DNA from: Schizosaccharomyces osmophilus
Taxonomy: Eukaryota
Length of the DNA: 64,000 bases
Direction of reading: 5' to 3'
NCBI RefSeq assembly: GCF_027921745.1
Contig: NC_079238.1
Span: 2,604,001-2,668,000 of the forward strand
In this document: positions 22,604 through 34,077 of the stretch, in pieces
How positions within the stretch are numbered: the first letter of the stretch is position 1
Layout: each line of letters begins with the position of its first letter
Made by a program: the position numbers and the translations under genes
Notes under the pieces: model-generated
Databases searched by the model: none
The model's input: the letters and a program-made list of their open reading frames with translations, nothing else
What the model was told of the DNA's origin: nothing

Positions 22604-23673
22604 ATGAATCGGACTATGGCGTTCGTAGCGCGAAAAAGTTTTCCTTATGAAAAGCCTTCAACATGGTTTCCAGGCCATATGCATAAAACTTTAAAAAAAT
22701 TGCAATCACTTTCTTCAAAAACAGATATACTAGTTGAAGTTCGGGATGCTCGTATTCCTTTGACCTCAAGGAACTTTGCCGTTGAGTCGATTTTGAGAAA
22801 TAAAAACCGGATTATTGTTTACAACAAGTGTGATCTAGCCGTTCCTTGTGAGAAGTCTCTTTCGACTTTTCGCGATGAAATGGCACATCTGCAACAGTCT
22901 TTTCAATGTATGCAAGACTGGTGCCAACAGTCTCAGAGAGTCACATTCAAAACAGTAGATGCTTCTGCCTATGTATCTTCAATACCTCTCTATGCCAAAA
23001 AACTATTAAAAAGGATTCGGAATATGTCTGTTCATGGTCTTACTAGTAATGAACGCGTTCACGTATACTTCGTAGGGATGCCAAATACGGGGAAAAGCAG
23101 TATATTAAATTCCTTACGACACGTAAGCTTGCGCCGTAGTAAAGCTGCAATAACTGGTAACCACCCAGGTGTTACGAAGCACTTTAGTGAAGTCGTCAGA
23201 TTGCTAGACGATGCTGAGGTGTTCATGCTTGATACTCCAGGTAAATTACTGTTCAATTAACACAACATCATCTAAGTTCAATTGATTCTAACCATCACAT
23301 AGGTATCATGACCCCATCCATCGCTGCGCCAGAAGATATGCTGAAGTTGTCTTTAGTTGGGTGTGTCAAGGAAGGATTAATTGACTCAGTGACTTTAGTG
23401 GATTACTTGCTTTTTCGAATCAACTTAGTAGACCCTTCTATTTATTCAAAATGGTCTCTGCCTACTAATGATGTGGACGAATTTTTAGAAAACGTTGCCC
23501 AAAAAACTGGGAAATTATCTAAAGGGGGAGGATACAATGACAGTACTGTTGCTGCCTACATACTTCAAACTTATCGTTCAGGAAAGCTTGGAAGGTTTCT
23601 GTTAGATCCCACCGACAAGCCCAGTGTGGAACTACGACTACAGCGTGAGTTGATTAAAAGCCAAAAAAAATAG
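22604..23673 (+). CDS. mtg1: Mitochondrial ribosome assembly GTPase Mtg1 (YlqF/RbgA family), about 335 aa, 2 exons
   Basis: WFPGHM, EVRDARIP, NKCD, GMPNTGKSS and DTPG in circularly permuted order. Intron 23241-23302 (GTAAAT..CTAAC..TAG) joins two track ORFs as DTPG-IMTP. Confidence 0.93.
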
Positions 23674-24099
23674 AAGATACTATTTATTGATTCATAATAG
23701 AATAAGGGAAATGTACCTGTACCACGTAGCCAAATAATACCGGTTTCACAAAGTCATATTGGACCCACTGTCTTCTTTCTTACTTTTATGAATCAAACAA
23801 CAGATAACTATCATAGTAACATCCATGCAAACCAGAAAATTTCATTTCTCTACCGCATAAGTAAAAAAATATGTTACCAAACCAGGATTTCATTAAACAG
23901 CATAATCCTAGTCTAAATTTTTCATATCATAAACGCTTATCCACATACACAACTCAAAAAAAAAAAAGAAAAATCTAGTAAATATATCGAACAAATAGGC
24001 TTAAAAATAAATTAGTAAATTAACAAGTAAACAAACAAATAAGACGATTTGGTAACGGAGAAACCGAACAATAATTTTTTATCATCCATCCAGGCGAAC

Positions 24100-25908
24100 T
24101 TAACCGTATTGATGGCTTCTCTTATAACCGTTGCTGGTAATCGCATGTTCGTAAACTGAAGGATACGGATTTTTCGCTAAATTTGGGGAGTTCACGTCGT
24201 CATCACTGACACTAAGCGTAGGTGAGCAGAAATTCGCTCCACGGTGCGCGTCTTGCGAATCTACGGGGTTCAAAGATTCGGAAAGAAACGGGTTAGTAGA
24301 TGCTACTGGACTGTGGATAAGCTCTTCCAAATCTTGCTGCTGCTCCAAGTCAGAGCGGGCGAATGTGTTCAAATCAGTATTTAAAGAGCTCCGGGGAAGA
24401 GCTTCAGTTTGCTGAGAAAACTGAGGAATATGATCATTGGTTTCAGAGGTTTGTTGGAGATGAGATCTATCACTTCTGCTTGAAGGGGTTGCTGAGCCAT
24501 TACAAGCAGTAATAGGCTCCCGAGCACTAGGGTAAACATCTCTTTCAGTGGCACTGTTGGAATTTGAAGAAGCACTGTACAAAGGACCACCATCTTCGAC
24601 AGAAGAAACTCCAGCATCGGAAGCCGGAGTAGCCTGTTGCGCATCCTCCAAACTCTGTCGAATGGCCTCGGCCATCATAAGCTTTTCGACGTTGGCAAGG
24701 TAATGATGTCTACGATTACTCAAGGTGCGCCTTTGGGAGTTTACACGTGGGGATCTCAAATGTTGCGTGTTATCTGAAGAAGAGACACTGTCGCTATGAC
24801 TTCCATTAGGGGATGGTTCCAACAGATGAGTATTCAAGAGAGTGGAATTAGCAGCACGTCTGAAAGCGCGTCGACGGGTCTTTTGCAATTTGTATTGCCA
24901 GTCTGGATGAATCAAGTCGGTAGTTATGACACGGGGATCGTCAGGCGCAAACTTGGTATTCGAATTTGGGACCCAGGGCCTTCCCTGTCCAGATATATAG
25001 AGTTTTTTTAGTTCATTAATCAATGGATGAGACTCTGGATCTAGTTGAGAAGGGGCATTGAAAGAAAAGCGGGACAAAGCAGGATTGGGAACATAAACGA
25101 CGCCAAAGCGATCTGTCATACAGTATGGACACTTGACAGGCTCTGATATCAAATCGAAATCATTGGGCATCGGATCGTTGGCATGAACGGTTGGCAAATG
25201 TGGGTCAGGGCGACGAATTTCCACAAAGCATTCGGAACAAATTGGTTGCGCGCAGCAGCGAGTATAGTTAAAGTTGGGTGGATAATAAAGAAAACAAATT
25301 GGGCATTCAAAAGCATTAGCATAAATAGTGGAAATAGCATGGGCATGGTTGTCTTGGGTAATAACATGGGAATTTCCAGAAACGGAATTGGAACGTGAAC
25401 GAACTGACCGGTCAGCACGATTTTTGACATCACGTTTAAGGGACTTGGAATGTCCTAAAGTATGGAATTTTGCTTCACGGATGGCAGATCGTAACGTCAT
25501 CGTTTTTTGAGAACCTAAAGCCTTTTCGACAACTTCTGCGACTTTTTCAGGCGGCCAATCTGCACTGTATTCCTCGAGTCCTTTATAAAACGGCATTAAC
25601 TGGCGTTCAAGCTAAACAAAATTAGTAACGATGGATCCCGAAAGAAAAAAACAAGAGGCAGAAAACATCGATTCTTGACGGAATTAGGAGTCTTTTCAGA
25701 ATGCATCAATGAAAACATCCTCTACTTTATACAATCGAAAACTTCTTGGGAAACATACCATTAATCTTCGTACAATTGATACTTTATAGGATGGTTCCGA
25801 GCCGTAAACACCATGCGGGAAGAGAAATCCACCATCAATTAGGCGCACCAGGTCATTTACAAACTCATCTTCATTGTCATGCTTTTCTTTACCAATCGTG
25901 TTGCCCAT
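24100..25908 (-). CDS. Sip5-like RING-type zinc finger protein (SPBC25B2.03 orthologue), about 553 aa, 2 exons
   Basis: Exons 25908-25759 and 25611-24100; intron GTATGT..CTAAT..TAG. Myristoylation-like MGNTIGK start, IDGGFLFPHGVY, ECPICFLYYP..TRCCAQPICSECFVEIRR..CPYC. Confidence 0.9.
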
Positions 25909-26875
25909 TTTATTGACAAGATTCGAGGAGAAGGCGTATTTGGCAAAGGTTTCGTTGCGCCCTTCCTGATCGATGGAGGTTAACGACTTTATTATAAAGG
26001 AATCGCCACGTCAGCGATGGAGATCGGGTCGGCCTTTTCCTGGTAACATCATTATGGTATGCTTATACACTGCGGACCCCAGTATAAGGATATATTAGAG
26101 GATACCTCTATATTAAAATATCAGGGTTTGGAAAGGGACTCCAGAGTACAAGACAGAGATGGAGACAAAGAGAAGGAAGAAAACAACAAAACAAAAAAGA
26201 ACAAACAAACAAGAAGAGTACATGGGAGGAGCCCACAATTTCATTGATGGAAATGTCTTCTACATGCATATCCACAGAAGCTAGCACTTTGGTGGATGAA
26301 GTTTGCGACATAAAAGAGCGACGCCAACAGTATATTGCGACAGAACAGTATTCGAATTAATTGAATCGACTGAAGGTTAAATTGAAATCAACAGATATAC
26401 GTACCAAAGGTATTTGTTTAATATAAAATAGATAAACAAAATAGGTATCAAGTACTTGTCAAACAGCAATAAAAACAAAAACGTATTGTTTACATACTTT
26501 TACAAATGTTTTAATAAGAACCGAACCCCAGGTATGGTCGCTTATGTCTTTGACCTGTAGATACAAAAAAGAAAGTGAATTTCGAGAATCATTTTTAAAA
26601 GTAAACTACTTTTTCTTGTTTATTTCTTATAATTTTCTCTCTTTATTGAGTTTGTAAGCAAATAACTCTACCTCTTTCGGGAGCTTACTCATTCGTAGCT
26701 AGCTATAATAATTCTTTCTTCTTCCCTTCCCTCTCCTCTTTTCTCCATTCGTTCTTTCTTGTTACTCTTTACAGATCTCTTTGCTTCATTCTTTATTGTT
26801 TATAATGAAAGCCTACCCAGCTACCAAGCACACCCACTTATGCCCTACACAATAGACCTTTTGTCTGAATGCCTC

Positions 26876-26889
26876 CATTGTCCACAATG
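26876..26889. promoter_or_regulatory. Inverted pair of M-box-like HMG sites (CATTGT-cc-ACAATG) upstream of mam1
   Basis: Perfect inverted repeat about 220 bp upstream of the mam1 ATG. ACAATG is the Mat1-Mc M-box of M-cell-specific genes in S. pombe. Confidence 0.45.
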
Positions 26890-27107
26890 ATTAAAATAGG
26901 TCGGGCTGCGGCTCTACTTTCTCGTAGTTCAGCACATGCTGACGAACGTGGAGCTTGTAGTTAGCTCGATTGTTAAATTTATTTAATTCTTTTCTTCTTC
27001 TTTTTTTCTCTCGAAAGTCGTTGTTTTGGACCCTACGTGTTTGTCACTCTTTTTTGTTTACTATTGATTGTTCAATCTGCTGTTCCTGATTGAATCCTGT
27101 TTTGGCC

Positions 27108-30100
27108 ATGGAGACCGGAAATATTTTACCAAATGATTATATTTCAAAAAGAAATTCATTAAAAAATAAGAAATGTCACGTTTCCATCACTGAAAAATCC
27201 ATACAAAGTCCCACCACTGCTCAACTATCCGCCTCTACTGCACTCAGTTCAGATTCCCTAGATTCCCCTTCACATGTTTATCGGACCTTTCTGGACTTAC
27301 CTTCTCTTGATGGTGATGATGTCCAATCTTCCGCCTATTATGCCTATGCTTCCTCTTGGTCCGACTATGCCTTTGCGTTTCGCTTCTCAGATGCTCTCCT
27401 TCTCTTCGCTACAATCACATTTACTTGTTTATCTGCATCTCTGGAACCGCTCATGACTTGGACTATGGGTAAAATCTTTGATGCTTTTTCCAACTATGCA
27501 CGATCCATGATTTCCCTCGACGAAATGTGCTCCATCGTCAATTTTAACTCCCTTCTTATTTTCCTATTCGGTATGGCTTCATGGGTGTTTAGTTTTGCCG
27601 TTCGTTTTCTCTGGCAGTACCTTAGTGCCGTTATTGGAAAACGGTCTCGCTCTCTTTGTTTTCATGCCCTTACCAACAAACCATCTACTTTTTACTCACT
27701 CATCAACAGCTCTAGCGCCTTAATCAATTCGGTCGACAGATGTATTATATTTTATGAATCCTCCATCAATCTTCCCCTTTTTCATATCGTCGAAAACTTG
27801 GCTATTGTCATTTCTTGCCTCGCCATATCCTTTCGCTACAGCTGGTCCTTGACACTTATCATCATGGCTTCTTATCCCATTATTATGTTTGTCGTTGCTT
27901 TCATCAATTCTTTTCTTTATAATAGCTATGAGGGTGATCGCCTTGCTTCTGAAAAAGCAGCTTCTTTCATAGAAAGAGTATTGATGGCTTTTAAAACTGT
28001 AACCTTTCATGCCATGCAAAATCATGAGTTTCACAATCTTCAAGGAGCCATCAACCAAAGCTCTAAAAATTTTCTCCGATTTTCCTTTCTTCATTCCCTG
28101 CAAGGTGGAATCTCACAATTCTTCTTGTATTCAGTTTTTTTTCAAGGTCTTTGGTTTGGTAACCATTTAGCCAACTCCGGAAAAGTTACTGCTGGTCAGG
28201 TCGTTACCGTTTTTGGTTCTTGTCTCTCCGTTGCCTCTGCCATCCAACAAATTCTTCCATCCATTCCTGACCTTATAAAAGGAAAATTCGCTTCCCATTT
28301 TCTCAAGTCTTTATGTCATGAACCTGCTTCTTCCAAACAAAAACCTCCTAAAGTCGGTTTCCAAGACGTTAAGCTATCTTGGAATTTCAACATGCGCAAT
28401 GTTTCTTTTATGTATCCAAGCACAGAAGATCACAAGCCTTTCAGCATCATCAATCTCTCCATGTCCATTTCTTCTGGTAAGGTTTCGCATATAATTGGAC
28501 CAAGTGGTTCAGGTAAAAGCACTATTGCTACGTTGCTTATGAGCTTTTTTCAGCCCACTTATGGCTTTATATATGTGGATGATGTTCCTTTAGCAATGAT
28601 CGATCCAAACTATGTGTATTCCAATGTTACTTTAGTTAGGCAAGAAGCTGTCGTATTTGATATGACAATTCGTGAAAACATTATGATCGGAAACCATAAT
28701 GCCTCTGAAAGCGATTTTGAATGTGCTGTCCGCCTAGCCCTTGTTGACGAATTTGTTTGGAATTTTGACGAAGGCTATGATACTCCTTGTCATGGGGGAA
28801 CCCTTAGCGGAGGACAACGTCAAAGGATTGCATTAGCTAGAGCACTTCTTCGAAATACTGAGGTATTAATCCTCGATGAGCCTACTAGTGGTTTAGACAT
28901 TATATCGAAAAACCTGATCAACGATGCTATTCGTGCACACCGCTTAGGTAAGACAACTATTTACATTACCCACGATATGTCTCAAATCTACAATGATGAT
29001 TCCGTATTTGTCGTTGAAAACGGTCGCTTACTGCATCAGGGTACAAAAAGGGATTTATGCAATCTCGGGTTATTCGACAATCCATCTGATGAGCAAGAGG
29101 AACCCGTTTCTGAAATGCCATGTTTGGAAAATCCTTTTTTAGCAAGTTTTGAAAAATCAGAGGAAAGTTATGGTTCTTACGATGACATATCCCCCTCTTT
29201 CGTTGATGCATCGCCAAGCATGTCTGTTATGCACAATCGAGATCCAAAAAATTACTCCATGTTGCAAGAAAAACCATTAGATACTGCAGATGGTAACAGA
29301 AACTTATTTTTAGAAGAAAAGGAGTCTGTATACTCCATATGTGCTATATTCAAAAGCCTATGGAAAGTTCCGAGGGCCAGATATCTGTTTTTCTTTGGTT
29401 GTTTAACTTCACTTGCACAAGGTGCAAGCATACCGGTATTATCTTTTATCGTATCTAAGTCTCTAAACTTGTTTATGCATCAAAATATGTCTGTTGGGAT
29501 CGCATTATGGTCTTGTATGATTTTAGTCGTGGCCGCATTCACTGGCTTGTTTTATTTTTTGAGTCATTATATATTTTCCAAGGCCGCTACAAATTGGTGT
29601 GATTACTATCGTCTCGTTGGCATGAAAACGTTGTTATCGCAGGACCAGGAATGGTACGATGAAACATCAAATTCACCTATCTTATTCTCAAAAATTTTGG
29701 TGAATAACATCAATGATATGAGAAACCTGATTGATTCTTTGGTAGAAGAACTTTTTGTTGCTTTCGTGATGATGATAGTTGGTTTGATATGGGCTTTAAT
29801 AACTGGATGGAAGTTGGCTATTATTCTGACAGCCGTAAGTCCTGTTTTGATACTCACTTCGAAGGTTTTCTCTTACTTCTACGTTAAAACGGAAAAAGAT
29901 TGTCAAGACTGCTCAATTACTACTACTTCTATCTTGCATCAAACTACCATGAACCTTGACGCAATTAAAGGGCTTTCTGTTATGCCATATTTTCGCGAAA
30001 AGTACAAAGAACTCCTCAAAGATTATTGGGACGCTACTAAAAAGAAGGCTTTGTATACTAGCTTAGGATATTCCGTCACCTGTTCTCTTTTATATTTTGT

Positions 30101-31055
30101 TCGTTCTCTTCTATTTTATGCTGCAGCAAAGTTTATATCGAAAAACTATTATAACGTCGAGCAAACCATACAGATTTTATCGCTAGCGGTATTTACGATG
30201 GTATCTGCTTCTAGTTGCATCATGTCTTTGCCAAATGTTTCTGCTAGCAGAATTGAAGCTAGCAGGGTTCTGCGTTTGGCTGATATGAAGCCAGGCAAAC
30301 TCAACGATCAAGGAAATATGAAGTTTCCTTTCGTTGGAAAAATTGAATTTGACAGAGTTAATTTTGCTTATAATCAAGAGCGAGGAGCTTCCGCTCTTGA
30401 AGATGTATCATTTTCAATAAAACCAAAGGAAAAAGTCGCTATTGTTGGTGGATCTGGTTCAGGAAAATCAACTACGGCAGAGCTGCTTCAAAAGGTTTAT
30501 ATGTCTGACAATATTTATATCGATGACCATCCCCTTTCTGAAATCGACACTAAGTGGTTAAGACGAAAAATGGCTGTTGTAGACCAAAAGCCAAATTTGA
30601 TGGGTGAAACAATTTTGGAGAGTTTATTGTATGGCTGCGACGCGAACATGGTAGCAATTGAAGAAGCGCTAAAACAAGCCAACATTCTCGAAACCTTACA
30701 AGATCTGCCGAACTATTTGGAATCGCCAATCTCAGAGTTTAGCAAAAATCTCTCTGGTGGACAAGCTCAACGTTTAGCTATCGCTAGGGCATTGCTCCGA
30801 AAACCAAGAATTTTAATTTTGGATGAATGTACTTCTGCACTAGACTCTAATTCGTCGAGAAAAATTGAGCAAACAATTCAAAGCTTGACATGTACAGTAC
30901 TTATCATTACTCACCAAACTTCGTTGATGAGACTCGCCGATCGTATTATTGTCATGGATTCCGGTAGAGTTATGGAAACTGGTTCTTATGATGAATTAAT
31001 GACTCCACATACTCATTTTTGGAAACTTGTCCATAGTGGTAAATGGACGGACTAA
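27108..31055 (+). CDS. mam1: M-factor pheromone ABC exporter Mam1 (Ste6/ABCB type), about 1315 aa
   Basis: TMD-NBD-TMD-NBD layout; Walker A GPSGSGKST and GGSGSGKST, two LSGGQ signatures, ILDE, ITH. First ATG at 27108; syntenic with hbs1. Confidence 0.9.
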   Translation: METGNILPNDYISKRNSLKNKKCHVSITEKSIQSPTTAQLSASTALSSDSLDSPSHVYRTFLDLPSLDGDDVQSSAYYAYASSWSDYAFAFRFSDALLLFATITFTCLSASLEPLMTWTMGKIFDAFSNYARSMISLDEMCSIVNFNSLLIFLFGMASWVFSFAVRFLWQYLSAVIGKRSRSLCFHALTNKPSTFYSLINSSSALINSVDRCIIFYESSINLPLFHIVENLAIVISCLAISFRYSWSLTLIIMASYPIIMFVVAFINSFLYNSYEGDRLASEKAASFIERVLMAFKTVTFHAMQNHEFHNLQGAINQSSKNFLRFSFLHSLQGGISQFFLYSVFFQGLWFGNHLANSGKVTAGQVVTVFGSCLSVASAIQQILPSIPDLIKGKFASHFLKSLCHEPASSKQKPPKVGFQDVKLSWNFNMRNVSFMYPSTEDHKPFSIINLSMSISSGKVSHIIGPSGSGKSTIATLLMSFFQPTYGFIYVDDVPLAMIDPNYVYSNVTLVRQEAVVFDMTIRENIMIGNHNASESDFECAVRLALVDEFVWNFDEGYDTPCHGGTLSGGQRQRIALARALLRNTEVLILDEPTSGLDIISKNLINDAIRAHRLGKTTIYITHDMSQIYNDDSVFVVENGRLLHQGTKRDLCNLGLFDNPSDEQEEPVSEMPCLENPFLASFEKSEESYGSYDDISPSFVDASPSMSVMHNRDPKNYSMLQEKPLDTADGNRNLFLEEKESVYSICAIFKSLWKVPRARYLFFFGCLTSLAQGASIPVLSFIVSKSLNLFMHQNMSVGIALWSCMILVVAAFTGLFYFLSHYIFSKAATNWCDYYRLVGMKTLLSQDQEWYDETSNSPILFSKILVNNINDMRNLIDSLVEELFVAFVMMIVGLIWALITGWKLAIILTAVSPVLILTSKVFSYFYVKTEKDCQDCSITTTSILHQTTMNLDAIKGLSVMPYFREKYKELLKDYWDATKKKALYTSLGYSVTCSLLYFVRSLLFYAAAKFISKNYYNVEQTIQILSLAVFTMVSASSCIMSLPNVSASRIEASRVLRLADMKPGKLNDQGNMKFPFVGKIEFDRVNFAYNQERGASALEDVSFSIKPKEKVAIVGGSGSGKSTTAELLQKVYMSDNIYIDDHPLSEIDTKWLRRKMAVVDQKPNLMGETILESLLYGCDANMVAIEEALKQANILETLQDLPNYLESPISEFSKNLSGGQAQRLAIARALLRKPRILILDECTSALDSNSSRKIEQTIQSLTCTVLIITHQTSLMRLADRIIVMDSGRVMETGSYDELMTPHTHFWKLVHSGKWTD

Positions 31056-31069
31056 TACCTTTTGCATTA

Positions 31070-31081
31070 CCCCCCCCCCCC
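31070..31081. repeat. C12 homopolymer
   Basis: 12 consecutive C starting 15 nt after the mam1 stop, in the 133-bp convergent mam1/hbs1 gap. Confidence 0.85.
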
Positions 31082-31188
31082 AATAATGTTGTTTTAATTT
31101 ATTATCGCATTTATGTTATGAAATACCTTAATCCTTATAGTTTAATCATTTTAATAAAAAAATTTTTTGTACAGTTGCTCAATTGTTA

Positions 31189-33043
31189 TTATAAAATAGT
31201 TTTCACAATTCCGGCAGCGATTGTATTTCCATCTCGTCGAAGAATGATTCTACTCAACGAAGGGCTTTCTTCGGAAGTACATATTGGATATAAACCATCC
31301 AAAAAGTTAACTTGTATAGAGGCACGCTTTCGACTAGTAATGTGTCTTGCCTTCTTACCATTTACATTTATTATTTTCACAGCGACCGGAGCAACGGTTC
31401 GACCACGATGGAGCACTAATGTTGATCCTGACAAAATTGGGCCAAGTATATCGAAAGTTTGGATATCGGCCGTAAAGGATCTACTGCGCTTAACAGGGTC
31501 ATTATAAGTGGACAAGATATCCCCGAGACTGATTTGGTTTGGCTCAATATCCGTCAACTGTACGGTAACGCTGTCTCCAGCGACAGCCCATGATACAAAA
31601 GGATCAGAATTGCGCATGACAGTTTTGACATAAGCATCCTCCTGTGAAGAAACATTATACAAAACCTGGCCATTTTGAATATTACCAGACTCTACTCTTC
31701 CTGAAACAGTGGCGCCTCGCACAGATCGATAAGTATCATGAACAGAGACTCGGAGAGGTCCTCTGTACGATTTTGATGGAGGGGCGAAATTGTCTAAAAC
31801 TTCTATTAATGTTGGACCATTATACCAATTATAAAGTGGAGAGGACTGTTTTTCTATGAGGTTTACACCAGAGACAGCAGAAACAGGAATAAAATGAACG
31901 TTTTCCTCTTTGAATCCAACCATCCGGATTAGGAAGTCAGATATGGAAGCTTTTATTTCATTATAGCGATCCAATGACCAAGACATGAGGTCAAGCTTAT
32001 TCACGGCAACTGCGAGTTCAGAAACCCCAAGAGCACGTAGTAAATAAGCATGCTCTCGAGTTTGGCCATTCGCTAGAAAGCCACGCTCGTAGTTGTTTTG
32101 TGAAGAATCAACGACCAAGATTGCAAATTCCGCAGAAGCAGCTCCAGCAATCATACCCGAAATAAAATCTTTATGACCAGGAGCATCACCAACCTCGTAA
32201 ATTTGCTTTTTGCTTTCGAAGGAGGTAGCCGCAACGTCCATGGTGACACCTCTGAGACGCTCTTCATCCGTAGAGTCAAGTAACCAAGCATAAGAAAAAC
32301 TTCCCTTGCCTTGATCAGAGGCCTCCTTGTGAAGCTTTTGCATGGATCGACTATTTACGTCACCTAATTCAAACATAATCCTTCCAAGCATGGTACTTTT
32401 ACCCGAATCAACATGTCCGGTAACCACTAAGTGGACAACAGGTTTAGGGTGGGACTCTTCGTAAATCTTGGGAACATCTATTAACGCTGAAGAATCCTGT
32501 TTCCGTTGCGTTTGTATCTCCTCTGCATCTTTTGATTTCTCTCCGGTCTGTTCTTTTTCGTTCAAATTTAGCTTCTTCATCGAAGCATTCAGAGGAGCAG
32601 GGGGATTTTTAGTGGGATGATGGTTTTCAGCCGGCTTTTCTTCTTGTTTACTGTGCTTCTTCTTTTGAGATTTTTCTTTTCCAGTTTGCTCTTCAGCCTT
32701 TGCAGTACAGCTTTTTATTAGATAATTGACGGATTTCTCCACATCAAAATAATAGTACCATAGGGTATCCGCTATTTCTTTGTCTGAAACGGGAAGCCCG
32801 TCGAGCGTATCTTGGACAGCAGCAATGGCTTCTCGAAATTGTTCTGCACAAGCGTGTTAGGTCAAACGGAGTAGTTTTACCAGATTAGCATACCTTCTTG
32901 TTCATCCGTCAATTCTTCTTCCACAGGCTCACCTGTATCATATTCTAAAAACAAATCGCTTGTTAGCAGTGGAATTTTACTGTTTACAGAGAACCATACT
33001 TACCTTCCAACTCTAAATTCTTTACATTACGATGTCTCGACAT
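31189..33043 (-). CDS. hbs1: Translational GTPase Hbs1 (ribosome rescue, eEF1A-like), about 581 aa, 3 exons
   Basis: Exons 33043-33004, 32944-32894, 32843-31189. Start MSRHRNVKNL, LWYYYFDVEKSV, GHVDSGKST, RGVTMD, DAPGHKDF, NKLD. Confidence 0.95.
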
Positions 33044-34077
33044 TTTTTTAGATTGTATTTACAAAAATAAAGAGATAAATAAAACGAATAAATAGAGACC
33101 TTTTACTAAGAGCAAAAGTTTTGGTACTTTGTACCTCTCAAAATTTTACTTGCAGGTACGTAAAAAGCGTAATGGAAGTGACATAAGATATTGACATGGA
33201 CGATTTACATGTCTAAAATGTCGAGGTAAATGAACTATCAGAAGGTGTTGAGCGACCGTATTGTTTTCTTTTTTCATCTAAAAGCACATATTCACCTTTA
33301 TAGAACTACATTTGTCACAGACTTTTTTTTGCTAGAGTAATGCAATCCCAGGGATATAGCTAGTCCAAAATCAAATTCCCTCCAAAACGAATAAAACTTA
33401 TGCCCAATTTTGGTCGTATATGTTATCCTTAATGCATGAAAGGCTCTCAAACCTGTTATTTAAGGTAAGTCTACTTGATTTTCGTGTTTATCATACAATA
33501 ATGTACTATGATAATTGTTCTTTCCAGATTCGACAAGTCAGGTAGAAGAAACTGCTTCAAGAATTACCTACTAGTATGTGGCATAATCATTTAATAATTG
33601 GAATTAATTTTAGAGATTACATTGATAACTAGAATAGAGTAAAGTCTTTATGCATGTTTGTTCACGTATTTGTTTACATTCTTATAGCGAGTTTATTCAA
33701 CGGGGATAATTGAGTCGTAGTTTATAGTAGTTTATCAAATATCCCTCAACCACGTTAATGGCGTTAATCGTACCAAGTTACTATTTACTCTTCCTTTCTG
33801 CTATTATCCAACATATATACATATATATAAATAAATTCGGTATCGAAATCACATTTCTTCTTCATTGAAAAAGGATTTGTGATTGGCCTTAAAAAAGACC
33901 AGTATCTCTTTTTTACTTTGCGTTGTGGCTAAATTGCTCTATTTGCATTTCTTTAGTAGTGCAATTCGTTATTAACTGGGTTTTACTGTGTTTGCTCTTG
34001 CATTAATCTAAACATAATTTTTAATAATCTAATTTATTTGATGTCTTGGCATGAAAGAACTATGAGCCTTTTTTAGT

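Noticed and set aside
31189..33043. Possible HBS1/SKI7 dual-coding by alternative splicing
   Set aside because: Both introns are short (59 and 50 nt) with no room for an alternative Ski7-type exon, and S. pombe has a separate ski7 gene.
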